A program made the translations under genes and the position numbers. Shown piece after piece: positions 62,037 through 64,000 of a stretch of DNA of 64,000 nucleotides (position 1 is the stretch's first letter; every line of letters starts with the position of its first letter). Source of the DNA: the human T2T-CHM13v2.0 reference genome, Homo sapiens; the NCBI RefSeq assembly GCF_009914755.1, contig NC_060929.1, one strand, 5' to 3'. The notes beneath the pieces were generated by a model. That model ran no database searches. It worked only from the letters and a program-made list of their open reading frames with translations, and was not told the origin of the DNA.

Positions 62037-62860
62037 GTAAAGAGAAAAAAGTGTTCAGTAACTCAAAGCTGAATAGAAATAGAGACAAAGTATACTGTAA
62101 GGTAGAATTATTAAGGATAAATTCATCAGGAAGACATTATAGTTCTGAACATGGTTCTAATCTAACAATATACTAAGATGCACAAAGGAAAATAGACATA
62201 AGGAAAAATTCGCAAATCCTAGTAAGTTGAGACAGCAGAACAGAGATTAATAAGAATATAGAAGATCTGAATGCCACTTACTCAGCTTGATTTAATATTT
62301 GTTTGGAATCATATACTCTAAAATTATAAATCATATATTTTTCCAGCATGTATGGAAAATATGTACAATTTGATCATCTTTTAAGGATGACCTATGATAA
62401 ATATATCATAGGTCATGTTCTCTTATTAAAATAAAAGAAATCAATAAGTCTAACCTTCATGATTTAGAAACTGAATTTCTCAGTTTATGAATAACAGTTC
62501 ATATGGAAATCCTGAAATATTTAGAATTTAATAACAGTAAGAACAGAGCACATGAAAACTTTGAGGATATAGTTAAAGCAGCTGCCTCTTAGAGGAAATT
62601 TTATAGCCTTAAATGCATCAGAGAAAGGATAAAATGTAAAACTTGCTAATAGAGGAAATCTAGTAGGACAGAACTTTGTAGGAAGAAGACTAGATTAAAA
62701 ATAGTTTAAATATTTCTTTTCTCAGAAAAAATAATGAGTTAAGTGTTCAAGCCAAGTAGTTAGAAGGGAGAAAACTCAAATAAAAAAGGTAGTAGACATA
62801 AATGAAATAGAAACAGATACAATAGAGTGTTCAGCAGTAAAAGAAAATGAGGTAGTTTCA

Positions 62861-63307
<447 letters not shown>

Positions 63308-63715
63308 TCAGGATATTGGCTTGTTGGATGTTAGTTGGAAGGAGTGCTCAGGGAGAAGAGAAGCATAGGGCAAAAGAAAAACATGGGCTGCAAATATGTT
63401 GGAAACATTTTAGTCTTAATCTGGGCAGTGGAGATAAGCTTTCATTTTATTATATTTTTAACTTACATATGTGTTCTTTTACTTTCATGAAAATATACCT
63501 TTACAGAAAAGGTTCCAGAAGATACAATTTTTTTGAAGAGTTTTGTTTCATTTTTAAATAGGTTTTAAAATACATATACTCTAATATTCAGAAATAGCAT
63601 ATATAGAATTTATCTTTATTCATCATTCTCTTTAAGTATAAATAGTTGCAAGTTTACAAACGGAACAGTCTTTATTTCCTGCCCAGTTGGCACTTTGGTT
63701 TTGCATTAATCTGGT

Positions 63716-63754
63716 TCTGCCCTATGAGTCTGCCCTATGAGTCTGCTCTATGTG
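63716..63754. repeat. 13-bp tandem repeat x3 (TCTGCCCTATGAG)
   Basis: Two perfect copies and one degenerate copy. Confidence 0.8.
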
Positions 63755-64000
63755 CAATTAAATTTTACTTGAACTGCTTCTACTAATCTTTTGGTATTCA
63801 ATTCAATTAAAAATTGTTCTTACCTGGAAATCAGACTTTATATGTGCCTGCATGTCTGTGCTTTGAGTAAGATGTTTACTATATTCTATATGGAGCAGAT
63901 ACAAGCCTAGGATTTATTTAATTCTTTTGTGCATTGTGGAAATCCAGTTAATGGTGCAGTTTTGGTGACTTTTAGTGTTTTAATTCAAGTGCTACTTTTT

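Noticed and set aside
63716-63754. Short direct repeats as a CRISPR-like array
   Set aside because: Contiguous 13-bp tandem units with no spacers, in a mammalian intron.

Overview
Primate genomic DNA, very probably human. The window covers ~22 kb of repeat-dense upstream sequence and the 5' part of the germline DEAD-box helicase gene DDX4 (VASA) on the + strand. Visible gene parts are a CpG-island promoter (~22150-22500), non-coding exon 1, and coding exons 2-7, which encode the disordered N-terminus MGDEDWEAEINPH...RGFSKRGG; the helicase-core exons lie beyond the window. Nearly all ORFs in the supplied track come from Alu, L1, THE1 or microsatellite sequence. Other features are a complete THE1 MaLR provirus with a 5-bp target-site duplication (TSD), a 5'-truncated young L1PA with a dead RT, a twin-primed 5'-inverted L1, an antisense SKP1 processed pseudogene, ~40 Alus, and assorted MER/MLT/L2/MIR fossils. 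The most interesting items are: (1) an Alu-left-arm + 5S rRNA + L1-3'-end chimera bounded by one apparent TSD (SINE3-like architecture); (2) a candidate fossil or poison DDX4 exon in intron 4 that looks like a frameshifted sibling of the phase 1-1 FG/RG module exons; (3) a MER5-derived alternative start exon in frame with exon 7; (4) a perfect inverted CCAAT dyad plus E2F6 and E-box sites in the promoter. Repeat subfamily names come from recalled consensus sequences and their boundaries are approximate. No prokaryotic-type system (CRISPR, retron etc.) is present.
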